This document shows, one piece after another, positions 14,965-27,133 of a stretch of 64,000 bases of DNA. The position numbers and the translations under genes are program-made. Each line of letters begins with the position of its first letter. Positions within the stretch are counted from its first letter, which is position 1. This stretch comes from Raillietiella orientalis (lineage: Eukaryota): the NCBI GenBank assembly GCA_036172245.1, contig JAYWIR010000003.1:2294001-2358000 (forward strand), written 5' to 3'. Below the pieces are notes generated by a model. It had not been told where the DNA came from, did no database searches, and saw only the letters and a list, made by a program, of their open reading frames with translations.

Positions 14965-17900
14965 GAATTCAAACCGTTGCGACATATGGTGGCCGTGTGG
15001 AAAACGCGAGCAGCAAGAGGAAGAGCGAACTGGAACGGTGAATTCTTCAGGGACGAGCTCCGGATAGCAGCGAGGCGCACGGCAGTCGCCTCAAGGTTGA
15101 GGATGCCACAGGAGGAGGAAGAAGTCACCGGCGGAAATCCAACTGGCCAGCCACACGGAACCTACTTGCCACAGAAGCCATGCAGATTGCCTCTCGAATG
15201 CTGCCAAATTGTCGCTTCTCGCTAATTAGGCCCGGACAATTTGGCGGATCATGTTTATCTTGAGCAGCCTGATGGGAGATCCGTGCGTCCAGCTTTGCTG
15301 CTCACTGGAGAGAATCGAGGCAGGTTCTCGAAAAAAAGTGGTTCAAGAGGAAGGCCACCGCTTCGACAGAACCCGCGGGAGGTGAAACAGTTGCCTCACA
15401 CATGAATCTCAAGAGAGGAAGTCCGGCCGAGCCCGGAGAGAGCAAAATCTCGAGGGAGGCTGCGAGGATTTTTCTGGATGCTCCAGTGGAATCAGTGCTC
15501 CCGGTCAGTTGCCATGATTCGAGGATGAGTTTCAAAAGAGTCGCACCGAGGAAACGAAAAATAAAACAATAATAATAATAATAACGCAAGGAACGAAAAA
15601 TTCACGCAGAAAGCAAAGGAAGGGAATTTCGCAGACAGGCCTGCCAAGTCTCAGTCTCTTGACTTCGTGGCTTTCCCTGGTCCAGCCCCTCCTCTGAGGT
15701 TCACTCCAAGCAGCCAGAGGAACGAAACGCTCCTCTTTCACCAGTACGTGAATCAGTGGAAGAGATACTTTGTACTTCATTTCAGCCGACGGACTCGCTA
15801 GAGGGGCTGGAAGGAACCGCACCACATAAATCTGCGGAGAGGACTGAACGTGTGCGCAAGCAATCATTCCGGTCGTAGAGGCGGTCGTAATGAGCGTGTT
15901 TGTACAGAGGGACGTGGAGATCCGATAGCCTGGATGCACCGGGAGAGATGGATTCTCAATCACTCATCGCGCCGCCGCTCTTGGAAACGAACGAATCTGT
16001 TACGAATCCGTGATCAATCTAAATCGGGGAAGGAGAGCCCGCGTTGCCACGAAAGCCCCCAGACTTCGCACCCGAGATGCGAAGGCCAAGCCCTCCCCCG
16101 GCCACATCCGAGGAAGGGGACCGCGCGGTGTGCTCCATGCCTTTTCCTAGACGCCAGCTTCACGGTGAGATGCAGCCACCCGAGTTGCAGCTTGATTGAA
16201 AAGAGGCTCTGGTCGGCTGTTGATGCTCCTTCCTCAACATGCAAATGGATACGTGCAGAGCGACGATATCGAGGGCGATTAATTCAAAGGAAGAGTGAAA
16301 AAAAGCAAAAAGACGGCGACTCGAATAAAGAGGCTGCGTAGGACCGAATACATTGCTTGGGATCTATGAATTGCATTTGCACCCTAGAGAACACCAGTGG
16401 AGATGCGAGGATTCCGGGTTTCATTTGATCAAGGACGCGTTTTTGGAACACTTTGCGAGGGTCATACTGAGCATGCCAATAAATAAACATCCGTATGTAA
16501 TCCGGCGAAGGTGAAAAAACTTCCCATTTGCCTGCATCAACACACATGTTGGTAGAAGAACACCAGATAAATAGGGTGTATGTTTCCTGCAAGCATCAGA
16601 TAACCTGCAATCGCCTAGCGCCTTCAAAGTCGGCTCATCGATTGGATAGCTCGTCTATTAGTACGATCACCTGTACAAAGTGAGTGTTCACGATGTCTCT
16701 TGGGTGTCCCCGTTTTGGGCACTTGGGAATTCGGCGAATTTGCTGGCTGGTGGGCGCCTTCGATTTCTGTTGAAAAGAGCCACGCAAGCCGAACTCTTTC
16801 GGACAGCGAAGGAAGACCAAAGGGGGTGATGGAAAGGGTTTTACCCTCCTTGCAGCCGTGCGGCATTCCGGTCTGTGGAAAGGTCGATTCCCCCCCCCCC
16901 CCCGTCAAAAAAAAAAAAAAGAAAAACACGTGGAGGAAGGCGGTGTTTGATGAAATGCTCGGTTGCTCGTGAAAATTCGCGATGAAAACGGAGTGATTTT
17001 TTTTTTGCCCCTTCCATCACAAAGCGCAGAAAATGCACGCATCGATGCAATTTTGCGCAGAGTGCAAGAGGAACTTCGCCGATGCCATCGAGGCTCGATG
17101 CAGAAGATGAAGAGGTAGCATTTTTCGAGTACCACGGAGCCTACCTAGAGAAGACCTCCTAATTAAAATCGAAGAACCTAAGAAGGAGTTGATTTATTTA
17201 TATGGAAGTCTGCTGTCTGCTGAAGATGCTGGTGCTTCCACAGGGAGGGAATTTCCGAGGATCAACGCTGCGCAGTGCAAATAATGAATCTGCTTATTTT
17301 CCACATAGGTGGATATCAAAATAAAAACAAATTAGGATAGAACCGTATGATCCATTATGATGAAGGAATGGACACGTCACGCCTGGATTGAACGGATGCT
17401 GTGTAAGGAAAACGAGAAGAAAATTCCTCCATCTTTGAAAAAGGAAACTGCAAACGGGAGCAAAACATGTTAGCATCACAAACGCCGGCATTTAAAATCA
17501 AGAAAGGAGAAAAAAAAAAAGGATGAACGGACGAGTGCATCCTTTTTGAAAATTCAATGGACCAATTAGAAACTTAGGAACACATGCGACACGGTGAATT
17601 CAGATGATCGATGCAAGCAACACTCAAACGGGCATTTCTAAGATATTTCTAAAGTGTCAGGAAAGATGAGTGCTAAGGTTGCGCAGGTGAGCGTTTTGTA
17701 CGCTCAGGGTCGAAAGTTTCAAAGCCCCTGTGGCACTGAGTGCGGCCAACGTTGGCGAGCATCCTCGAAATCACCCCTTCAGCATCGATCTTTCGGGAAT
17801 GATCTAAGAAAGCGGGGTCGCCGCATTCTGAGATTCCCGAAATGCTGCTTGAAGCCGATCCCAAACAGATCGTCATCATGCTTTCCCTGATGACTTAGAG

Positions 17901-20080
17901 GCGCTGTGGTCCAAAGAAATGCTTCCCGGGTGGCCTCTGGCCTGGTGCGAGCAAAAAGGTGCGTGGGGAAAGGAAAAAAAAAAAAACGGAAGAGGAGAAG
18001 AGACTGCGGGCGAGCTGCATCTTTAATCCGAACGCGAAATCTTCAAAAAAGAGAGATTGCTGCTATATTTGTACCCGCCTGAGACTGAAATTCGAGACGG
18101 AACGATGTGCACTGAAGACACTCTACTTAAGCTGAAGACAATTGCTGGTGAAACTCAAGAAGCGAAATCTAAAACTGAACCTGACAAGCAGTTGCAGCTC
18201 TGACCTTGTTAACGTGCATAAAAAAAATGGCCTGATGCCTTCTCTCATTTGTCTACGTGGGTGAAACCTCCAAAAGCGTTTCAAACGAAAATGGAATGCA
18301 ATGGATTAAATGGAATGTTCAAACTGGATCAGCGTATTATTCTGTTCTGCATCTCGCGCCATGGATCCCGCTGACGGAACCATCCTAGAGAATGAGATCT
18401 CAGCCAGACGGTCGTTGCGAACGTCCTGACCGGGACCGTGTCCAATCGAGCTTTCTGTGCCCACTGAAAATGGGTGCACGTCTGTTCCTCTTGTGCATGG
18501 TTATTTAACTCACGCTGATCCCGAAACTTCCATCGTAATGTTTGAAGCGTCGAGTAATTAATTCGTAGGAAAGGAGCATCCAGCGATCACTTTCTTTTAA
18601 TAAACGAATTTTTCAGGGCAATGTTTCGTTTTCCACGAGAGGACCCACTGAAGAAGCGCTCAAGGGCTTCCGCCATGATCTAAGAAGCTCGAATCGGAAG
18701 CGATTCTTCAGCCTCCGAGTCACCCTGGGCAAGAACCGAACCGGAATCATTGGAACCCCCGTGCCTTTGGAAAGTTATGGCCCGAATGGAAGAGTTCCGC
18801 GGTCAGTTTTCAGCCGCGGAGTGGTCCTAGCTTCCAAAGCCTCCTGGGAGCACATTTCGCTCGGGTGTTTCTTGGCAACGGAGTGCAAAATGAAAAAAGG
18901 AAAAAATACTCCGAGACGAGCATCTCTGATACTATCTTGATCGATTTTCGAGCTCGCTTCTCACTAACGCTGCAATCATTTGCATGGTCCCATTTCCCGT
19001 GGGTGCTGTGGTAAGTGCGCTGTACAAACAGCGAGCTTTCCTTTCAGGTAGCGGAAAGCCGCTGCAAGGAGAACGAAAAATCCATACCATTCCTGGGTGC
19101 AGTAGGCGTGCAATGCACCCGAACACTGCGTCTCTTCATCATCACCTGCAGGGGTGCTACTCCCATATTGATTTTTTTTGTGACCGGCTCGCTTCCCCCC
19201 TGTCCGTAGAGAAACCTTCGTTTCTAGCGGCGCGGGCGCCACCCACTGGCTGGCGGCGGGCTGGAAATTTCGTTGCGTTCGCGATCTCCAAGAGCCTTCC
19301 GGTTCTCGGCGCTGTTTCGCTTGCCCGCAGTTCCTTCTTCTGATCTTCCCGGTGAGGACGAGTTTCCCCGTATTGGATATGCTTTCGTTTCCAAGAAACC
19401 GGCTGGTGGAGCGCAACGCGGGTGCCCCATCTCTGGAATGGTTCGCTTACTTGAGGACCGAAAGAAAGGAGCACTATCAATGATATGCTGCTTGCGCATG
19501 GCTTTTCATCATTTCCATTCCCGCTGCTTACACCGCCATTCTTTCCTCTTTAGCCTCTTGAGGAAACCCAGCATGACAAAGAAGTGACGCGTGTTTTGAG
19601 GACGCACTGACACCGTGCATCCGAGGATATCCCTCAGAATTCATGGCAGCGGGGGACACGGAAGGAATGGTCGATATCTGTTTTCCGATGTCGTGATCGC
19701 TCCTTTAATCTCCTCTGATCCTCGTGACGAGCACCTCTTTCTTAGTGTTTTAGCGCTTCCAGCAAGGAGGCCGCGAGCAAATCCGCACGAAAATCGAGGG
19801 TTCCTTCGAAGTGTTCTGGAGACCCCACGTCGTTCCTACGTCAATGCTGGACAAAAGCAGTCGCTCCGAGAGGCCTTCGCGTTTCTTCCTGCCCGAGGTA
19901 ACGCCGCTCTGATCCCTGCAAGGGCGGGCCAGTTAGGCTGATTTCTCCCTGCGAAGAGGGTGAACGGGATCTCGGGGAGAGAGAGAAAAAAAAAAAAATC
20001 CATTTCCTGTGAAGCGGGAGCGTTATTCTACCTCCGTCGTCAAGGTAACCCCCGAACAACAGCGCCTGCTGGAGCACGCG

Positions 20081-20124
20081 GCTTAGAAATGAATGCTGGG
20101 AGGCCCCAGCATTCATTTCTAAGC
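20081..20124. repeat. Perfect inverted repeat, 20-bp stem with 4-nt loop
   Basis: gcttagaaatgaatgctggg-aggc-cccagcattcatttctaagc; the arms are exact reverse complements. Confidence 0.95.
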
Positions 20125-23100
20125 AGTCAATTCGCAAAGTTCCGAGCACACCTCGATAAGGATCACTCTAGGAACCCACGCAAGGATTCGCAGATCCTAC
20201 GGCGAGGTCGGTGAGGACTTTTACCCCAGTGAACGGGGATGTGTAAAAAATGAACCCCTCGAACGATGACTACAGGAATGAAATCTCCACGGTGAATGGG
20301 TTCTATTATGCTAGCGTATTATAGACGGTGACGAAAACGCTTCAGCCGGAGGAGCCAAGAGAAACAGGGGGCACCAGATCCCGTAGGATCTCCGCTTTTC
20401 TCCTTTTCGGTGAGGCGTGCCACCTTGAGGTCCAGGCGCATCCAGCGAGTCGCGGCCGTCAGCCGGAAGCGTCGCGGAAGGCACAAATTCGGCTCACGTG
20501 GACCTCGTTGAAATCTGCAGTAGGATGGGCTTGTGTCAGGTTCGGGCTCCCGGAAGAGCTGCGGATGCTGATCGCGTTCCCCTCCGAGAAAACGGCGCGG
20601 TCCTTCTTCGGAGGCTGCTGGCGCGCCAGAGTCCCGATCTCCGGACTTCTGGGTTGCCCGGAGGGTTAGCTGCCTTCATCACGGAATCGTCGAGCTATGC
20701 ACCCGGCGCCGAAGCGTCCTGGGTTCAAAGACGGGTTGTCTCGCAGCACCGGCGAAAACGCACGCAAAATGTGAACACCCCGAAGGGAGCGAAGGAACCA
20801 TCGAGAAAACCCTGAAGGTGATTCTCGGAGCATCGAAAAGTGAGAAAAACGAAAACAGCAACTCCAAAAAAAAAAAAAAAAAGAAAGAAAGAATTCCCTT
20901 TCAGATGGCCTGCAGAGAAAGAAAAACCGTTTTATCTCGGCATTTATCGGGTTTCTGCGATCTGATCAGTTAATCTGCTTGCGATTTCCTCTTCGGTTCC
21001 AGGAGAAATATCCCGAAAACAACAGCAGTTCCTCGCTTCCAGGAATTGCTGCGTGTTTCCCGCGCAGGAGGAGCCTCCTGGACGCAATTTTCTAGTTTTA
21101 CATTTTTCCACAGCCAATTCCTTGTCTTCAACTCTTTCAGCGAGATAAGAGGGAGCGGCGCACGAGATGCATGTCGTCTGAAAATGCTAATATGATGCAG
21201 AGTATGTCGCTCGAAGCGGAATAAAACGCCATTTATCAAAGTGACGTTAAAAAAGGAATCACGGAGGAGGAGAATTCAAGGAAGTCCTGGTATTTTGTTG
21301 GGAGCGCAGAATTCTTGTTGCTGTTATCAGCCGCTCCACTTAGTAATGAATAGATTCATCATTGCAAATCATATCCTCACTTCCATAAATCTGTCATTTT
21401 ACGTCTCGGGCGAAACTTTTATAAACCGCTCGCTGCGCACGGGTATATTTATGGTTTGTTTGCCTTGTGTTTGAATTTCATGGTCTCCGCAAGATTTGAA
21501 AAGATGCTCCATGAAACTGTGAGTGTGTTTTTCCCCCCCCCTACAAGTTCACGTATATCTCCGTCGCTCGCAGATCGAAATCCATTATGGAATTATTACG
21601 ACGAAGTGTTTCTGAATCGGATGGATTACGGCTTGCAGGTACACTCCGCCGCGGCTTTTCGGTGCCCTGCGGGCGGACACCAGCCTCGCAGAAGATCCGA
21701 GCACGGGTCGGCCGGTCGTTAATTAAGCAGCGATCGACTTTCCAGAAAGCGCTTCGCGGATTGGGGAACACCTTCTTCCGGAGGACGCGGGTGCTTCCTT
21801 ATTGCTTTTTGCGGGGAGGAAAAGTGGTCGGGAAGAACCGCGCAAGGTCGCGCGAGGGGGCAGCAGCACCAGACGAACCCGGCGCGTGCTCGCTCGCTCG
21901 CTCGCTCCGTGGCGCTCCGTGGCTGCGTGTGGCTGGCGGAAGAAGCGTTCCTCCCCGCGGTTGCCGACCGTCTTAGCAGCCTCCCCACGACCTGCTCCAG
22001 GCGACCCGACGGGATGCGCGTGTGCGCCTGCCGCGCGTCCCTCGAGCAAATCCTGGACGCCTCTTCAGATTAAAGTGCAGAATCTGCGCATCGGGGAGTT
22101 TGAAAACCGTCCGAGGCAAAAACTGTTTTGAATGAAAGCCAACGCCTCATTTGAGAGTGTCTGCTGGTAGCGAAGAAGGTGGGAAGAGGAATTTTCGGTT
22201 AAAAATATGAGCCGGAAAGCCAACTCCAAGAAGCCGGAATTTCTCTACGGCCTTCTACTCGGAACGAAACGACCAGGTTCCCGAACCCGGTTCGGCGGAT
22301 CGTCCTTATCTGGAGCCCTCTCGATTCCCAACTAAGTAGTGGATGCTTTTTCTTTTTTTTTTTTTTTTCTCCTCCACGGAACAGCTGGAATTTAAACTTT
22401 TGACTGCAAGTGAATAAGTTGTTCTTATCGCCGCCGAAAATTCGTTATTCCTCTGAAGCGGCAGAGAGCGCGCTTCGAGCACAGCATCCTGGAAGATAAA
22501 TCTCCTCCTTGTGCTTGGTGCACTCCGGGCTTTCTCGAACATTCCGGTGTCAGCACGTGAGCCCTCTCACCAAGAAATTTTTTTTCAATAGACACAATTA
22601 TCAATCTCAGTGGCAGTGGGGCCGAAGTCTCGACGAAACTCAGCGTCGCGCGCAGTCAGCTGCTCTCTGCGTTGGATTTCCCAGAGTTTCCTCCGATCGA
22701 CAGGTCGCGTAGGGTTGACCAAGGCTGGTCTCGCGGCTTGGTTTCACCCCCTTTCCGTGGGTCTGATTCGCACACCGTGGTGTGCCGCAGAAACGGCTTC
22801 AGAGTGGAGCTTGGAAACGCTCTTGGTGGAGCACCTACGTCGAATGGAGGACGTCTCCACGTCTCATTTAGAGAGGGAACGCAGCGGACTCTTTCGCGCG
22901 CAATCTTCGCTTGTTCCGCATTCCGAGCTGCTGTGTTTTAGTGGCACGCTGCTTTCAGGCTCCGGGTCGGCTCCAGCTGAAAGCCCAAGAAAGCGCCTCC
23001 CCTCGCGGTGAAACGTTCGGCGACCGGCTTTAGATCTCCTTGCCTTGCAGATTCTTCCCATCCACAGGATCTACCTTTCCAACAGGATCTTTTCGAGAGG

Positions 23101-26100
23101 GTGTCGACTCAAAGATCGGACGGAGTTTGTGTTTTCCTTTGGGACCGACGGGAGGACGCGAGATATTCGCTATCGTGAGTGTGGGATCGCCGCCTGCGAG
23201 CCAGGATTCTCCAGCTGGTCCCCTATTAGAACAGGTGAGATTCAGAAGAAGCCACCGCCTCACCAAGAGGAACGTCTCCCCTAAAACATCATCCCTGCTC
23301 CTTGAGAATTCCTTCTTAATTTTCCCGATAGCGGGTTGGGGAAGGCACGACTTGACGATCGCTATTTGCATGGATCCATCAGCAGCTGGCGCGTGATCTT
23401 TATTTTCGAACGCCTTCCTCGATTTCCGGATGGCACGCGAAACGGCGCATCCGGGAATTTTTAGTTCCGGATCCATTTTCCCGCAAGTTTACCTTCCTGC
23501 CTATCCGCAAGGAAAGCTTCAATGGTATTCGGGATCGTCGTCTTGCAAATTGTCTGTCGGGAAAGGGAAAAAGTCCCGAGGAAAACACACTGTATCACAA
23601 TTCATATAACAGTGTATACTAATGGATGCTCTCGTGCGAGGAGCCATAAATCTGTTTGCCTTGTCGACGATGATACCGAAAAATAAACCAAAGATAAGTA
23701 CCAGGGCGTAGGCTGGAAAAGTTTACAACGAGACCGTGGACTCAAACAACAGTCGCCGTAATAGTTGGCAAAGCATTTAATTTTGTATTCAATGAGCATT
23801 TCTTTCTATACAAGAGTAATGCATTGAGTCGTATTTTTGAAATATCGCCCATTAGCGCGTTCCGGGTCCCAAGAGACCTGAAATACGACCCTGTCCGAAT
23901 AAAGTCGCCAGACTCCTCGTGGAGTGGCGGATTCAGTAGTACGATCTGATTTTTAATATTCCCTGTAATTAAAAGCCTCGGCACGACGAGCGGAGCCTTT
24001 TTTTTCTTCCTTTCTTCCTCCCGTTTGAAGTTGAGAAACCAAAACGGGAAACTCGCAAGGGTGCTTTTGGGCTCAGCTACTGCTTCCCAAACGCTTGTTA
24101 GCTTGGATCCAGGAGATGGTTCCCTTCTAAATCAGCAAGAGCTACTTGCTTACCTTATGAGATCGCTTGTGAGGACGGGGAAAAAAAAAAAAATCTTTTT
24201 TTTTTTTTCGAGGCTCGCAAGAGCCGACTGTGTTAAACATTACGCCGTATGTTCAAATATCCCAGCTAATAAATTACAAACCTAATTAAAGGATGAAAAA
24301 ATTAGGGGAATAAAACGCGGCAGAAGGCATCTTCGGCAAGAACTCATTTTTCTGGTCCTTCCGCAAAAGCGCCTCCAGTGAGAAAGGTTGTCTGGCTCCT
24401 AATTGTGCAGCTGGTTTGAGTGACTCCAAGAACCGGCTGATCCCTCATGTACCATAACGCACGTTGCTCCACGGATTTGATTACGCGAGAAGCGTTTGAG
24501 CGTCTCGAAGCTTTCACCTCCGAGAAAGCGAAGCGTTCACCATCTAGGAATTATCTCATCAGATATCAACATCTGTTGCAGTCCTCAGAGGGAAAAAAAA
24601 AAAAAGCCATCGGAAGCATCGACGCGGTTGGTCGCGTATCTGAAAGATGCGGTGGCCGTGCATTTCATCTGCTCCGAACCTGCAACCGGAGTTTCGCTTC
24701 TGCGTGCTTCGGGCATCTCTTTTCCCTCCTTCACTCGAGCTGGTGCGGATTCACTGAATCTGCGGATGCGAGCGCGCCCACCAGGCGCCCACAGCATTGG
24801 CGTTTCTGTTCCACGGCTCTCCCCGTCACCCACCTTAATCATCATGAGCCTCTACGACAGAAGAAAAAAAAAAAAAAAAAAAAAAAGCATTCCTTTCCTA
24901 AGAAAGCAAGAGCGCGTTTCAGCTTGTGCTCCTCGCCAGTGCTCGCTCATGGACTGACCGCCCGACGAGTGGTTTGACCGGAAGTCGGAACGGACCCTCG
25001 CATAAACGAAAGTTCAGAACGGAGTACCCGGCCCGCATTTACGGACAGAAACCTCAGCATCAAGTGCGGAAAGCTCTTACTAGAGTTTTGGTTGCTATCC
25101 TCGATTAAGGCATTTGGATTATGGCAGCCCCTGTTAGACTTTTCCAAACATCCCGTGGCCGGCCCCAGAATTTCCCGATTGAAAGGAGAGTGGCGCGTTT
25201 TCCGTCGAGTTACCGCCGTCCCTTATTTTTTCACCTTCGAAGGGGAGGAAAGCATCAACCGTTCGTCATCATTTGCTTATCATTTGGCCAAAATTCCTAG
25301 GGACGGAGGCTGCGATAGAAAAGCCTGCCGGGCGATTAGGTGGTTTCTAAACAGAAGTCACGAAATAACAGGCGAGGGGTCAGTCGAAGCTTCCAAGTGC
25401 CACTTGTGTTGGTAATTAGAAGATGCTGGTTGCAGCAACAAAAACTGGCTGCCGGAGGAATAACCCTTTTCGCACAAGAAGCGAGGATCGCTGAGCTGGT
25501 GATTTGGAAGTTCGTGCTCATCTAAGGCCACGCGAGAGATGGAAACCGCGGCGAAGGACCGTTGCCGAGGTCTTCGCCAGTTGAAACTCCCTTCCGAGGT
25601 GAAGCCATTGCTCCACCACCAACTGGGATCATGGGAATTAATTCCATTAGCCGACACCCGCCTTTCGCTCCTTCTCGAGCATCCTCCGAGTACCTCAAAG
25701 GAATCCCGACTTTCGAGAATTTCGGCAGGGGTGATTAGAATCGAAAAATTACGGACCCTTCGATAATCCATGGGAACCGTTACCTCAGCCCGGAGAGCAT
25801 GGATACAGGACGGCGCCGCGTGCTCCCGCGCGAACTCTTACTTTTCATATCTACGGATTTATTTATCTATTTTTTTCCTTCATTTCAGCAGCCACAAAGA
25901 GCTTTTGCTGCGTGGAAGGAAGCTGCGGTTATGTTTACCTTGGAGCTCATTCGTTATTTGCCGCTGAGCTGTCCGCGAGGCAGAGCATCGTCTGGCAGTG
26001 AGAACGCTCATGGTGAGGTGTCACTTGGGTTTTCGAGTTTAACATGCACTATAATAGCGTTTAGTGCTGCAGGGACGCTCCGCCCGTGTGTAATATGGGG

Positions 26101-27053
26101 TACGCCATAAATCAAACCCCACCGAATCAATTGAATCAGTCATTTGAATCAACTCGTATCCATCGCGACCTCGGATGCATTAGACGTTTGCCTACGGTCA
26201 CGGTCGGGAAGCGAAACTTTTTGGAGGGATGACGCCCATCCGTCTTGCGGCTGAAAAATTTCAATATGGCGCTCTCCCATCGTGGCAAAAAAAAAAAAAA
26301 AAAAAGAAATGCAGCTCTCGCCATATTCGGGTAAATTTTCGATTGCGCCGGGTTATTTTTCGAAGTGGTTCTTAGAGAGGTTTTTTTTTTTCTCTCCTCC
26401 CTCTTCCGTGGCACCTGATAAAACCGAGCTTGCATCGCGGAAGGGGGGGAGGGGAGAGAGATGGCATCGGAGCCGTTACGTCACCGCGCTTTGATCTTTC
26501 GTTGGACGCTCGCACCTGATGAGAGTTGCGAAAGTTCGGGGTGTGTGCTTGCCGAGGTTCAATCCCGTCTCTGAAATTCCGCCCGCGGATCAGCGTAGCC
26601 GCTCGGGACGAAAAGCGGTACGGAAGCGCACTGTACGGTGGCAGCGTTCGGCCACCCTTTCGAGCCTGCTCCGGAGCGAAAGAGGTTTGGTACGGCTACT
26701 CGTGGGATCGTGCGTGCCGGAGGGAGACGGGGCTCCGAACGGGAGCGTGGATCCCGGGACCGCGCGTTGTCCTGACGCGAGCGCACTCCAGATCGCACGC
26801 GAAGAAAGCTCCAGGGATGCGACAATTTTTGTTTTTGCTTCTTCCCTTACGGCTCACGGAAATGATACAGGAGGCCGCACTGATGATCAAGTGATACGCA
26901 AAGCTGCACTGACGTTACAGGCGTGATGCCAGAGCGCAGCAAGCGGGGAACCTTGGCAAACCGGATGCTGAGAATCAAGACGAATGCGTCTTTTACTTTC
27001 GTCGCGAGTTCACTAAACGTGTAAACGATGCGGCGGATCCAGCCAAGGTGTCC

Positions 27054-27133
27054 CAGAGAGGTGGGGAGAGAGAGGGAATTCCCTCTCTCTCCCCACCTCT
27101 CTGATCCTTGTTCCCTGCAGGGAACAAGGATCA
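27054..27133. repeat. Two abutting perfect palindromes (50 bp and 32 bp)
   Basis: cagagaggtggggagagagagggaa|ttccctctctctccccacctctctg (27054-27103) and tgatccttgttccctg|cagggaacaaggatca (27102-27133); both checked base by base. Confidence 0.95.

Noticed and set aside
20483..20492. acaaattcgg resembling part of miR-10
   Set aside because: The match stops after about 10 nt and there is no complementary arm.
24180..24209. g-A13-tc-T13-c inverted repeat
   Set aside because: Homopolymer runs are abundant throughout the window, so chance juxtaposition is likely.
26367..26383. ggttcttagagaggttt resembling the 3' part of miR-10-3p
   Set aside because: Lacks the seed end, has an insertion, runs into a poly-T tract, and shows no hairpin partner.
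26520..26575. B-box-like GGTTCAATCCC suggesting a tRNA or SINE (similar weak cases near 12370 and 17710)
   Set aside because: No cloverleaf and no properly spaced A-box could be built.
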